DNA of 63,995 nucleotides, counting the filler, from Hausera hauseri (lineage: Eukaryota): assembly GCA_046269625.1 (NCBI GenBank). It is 12 parts of 12 records of this genome, joined end to end, with 100 filler letters (N's around TTAATTAATTAA, not from the genome) between each part and the next. Parts side by side here need not be neighbours in the genome. Positions count along the whole stretch, not along the records: positions 59,926 to 63,995 come from JBJURY010781535.1; 11 more parts are not named here. The stretch is one strand, 5' to 3'. Numbering within the stretch: position 1 is the stretch's first letter; the number at the start of each line of letters is the position of its first letter. Below, in pieces: positions 62,860-63,995 of the stretch. The notes under the pieces were generated by a model, which worked only from the letters and a program-made list of their open reading frames with translations, made no database searches and was not told the DNA's origin. The translations under genes and the position numbers were made by a program.

Positions 62860-63995
62860 AATGTGAATAATTCATAGTTGGTTTCATTAATTTTTCGGTC
62901 CACCACATAAGGGCCAGAAAACTGAGCATGTAGACTTGAACCGGACAAAGGGAGCAAAACCAATACTTTTTCACCTGCGTTAAAGCTTCGACTGACAGAT
63001 TTTTTATCAAAACGAATTTTCATTTTTGACTGAGATTTGGACAGATTTTCTTTAGGCAACTTGCACACGTGGAAAAAGATATTCTCTGAAGTTGCTAACA
63101 TAATCCAACACATTATGTTCAGTTTGAGGTGACTCTGATAACCATTTTTCTTTAAGAAGACGAAGCGGTCCACGCACAGTGTGTCCAAAAACGAGATCAG
63201 CTTGGCTAAAACCCAGTGACTCCTGTGAAGTTTCGCGGACAGCAAAAAGTAACAGAGGAAGACCCTCATCCCATTCTCTACCAGATTCTATGCAATATTT
63301 GCTCAGCATAGACTTCAAGGTTTGGTAAAATCTTTCCAGTGCGCCTTGAGATTCTGGGTGGTACGGGCTGTAGGTTTGATGTTTTATTTTTAGGATTTTT
63401 AGAACTTGTGCAAATATTTTAGACATGAAATTTGTGCCTTGGTCTGTCTGGATTATTTTTGGAAGCCCAAAAGTAGAAAAGAACTTGGTGAGGGATTTCA
63501 CAATATTCTTAACTTTTAATGTGCGTAATGGAATAGCTTCTGGGAAACGAGTTGCTGCACACAGGATTGTCAGAATATACTGATTACCATACTTTGTTTT
63601 TGGCAAGGGGCCAACACAATCCAAAATAACTCCCTTAAAAAGTTCACCAAGCACAGGTATAGGATACAGGGGCGCAGTTGGTACTAACTGATTTGGCTTC
63701 CCTACAACTTGATGTGTGGCAAGAACAACAGTATTTTACAACATCAGATTTTAATCTGGGCCAAAAAAAGTTTCTTAATATGCGGTGCTATGTTTTCTTT
63801 ACACCAAGATGTCCAGCTAAACTGGAGTCATGCCAGAATTAAGATCTGAGGTCTGTATTCACTTGGCATCACCACCTGATCAACTCTGTGAGTGTCACCT
63901 GAGTCTGGGGACCAGCGTCTCATCAGAACACCGTTTTCAACGAAATACTATTCTATGGCTACAACAGAAGAAAAACATGATTCTAGAGAACAATC
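62860..63995 (-). mobile_element. Gypsy integrase of a different family, of a type common in teleosts
   Basis: AGHLGVKKT, CHTCQVVGKPNQ, DCVGPLP, TRFPEAIPLR, QTDQGTNF, YHPESQGALER, QFSGPYVV. Confidence 0.9.

Noticed and set aside
62228-63010. 260-aa ORF bridging integrase end and gag start
   Set aside because: Chance read-through across the junction of two unrelated Gypsy elements and a GC-rich leader.

Overview
This is eukaryotic (metazoan) DNA and not one locus. Twelve short contigs (about 4-8 kb) are joined by eleven artificial 100-bp linkers (44 N + TTAATTAATTAA + 44 N), so adjacency across linkers is meaningless. Decayed mobile elements dominate: Ty3/Gypsy LTR retroelements, three Polinton/adintovirus-type protein-primed PolB fragments, hAT and Tigger transposases, an RTE LINE end, a tRNA-derived SINE and a 4.1-kb 15-bp minisatellite. 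Cellular sequences are an intronless Pcf11, an eIF3L/RIO2 pseudogene chimera and one vertebrate-type HAS2 exon, which suggests an invertebrate sample mixed with vertebrate (probably fish) DNA. Three signals stand out. (1) Three diverged Gypsy-type elements carry a chuvirus-like class III fusion glycoprotein UPSTREAM of protease-RT, apparently in the same reading frame; one also has a ubiquitin-like domain. (2) A PBS is followed by four RING fingers and two C4 zinc fingers. (3) Two diverged LTR-like ends carry a protein ORF under clear purifying selection plus conserved hairpins. All family calls come from motif recognition by eye; no searches were run.
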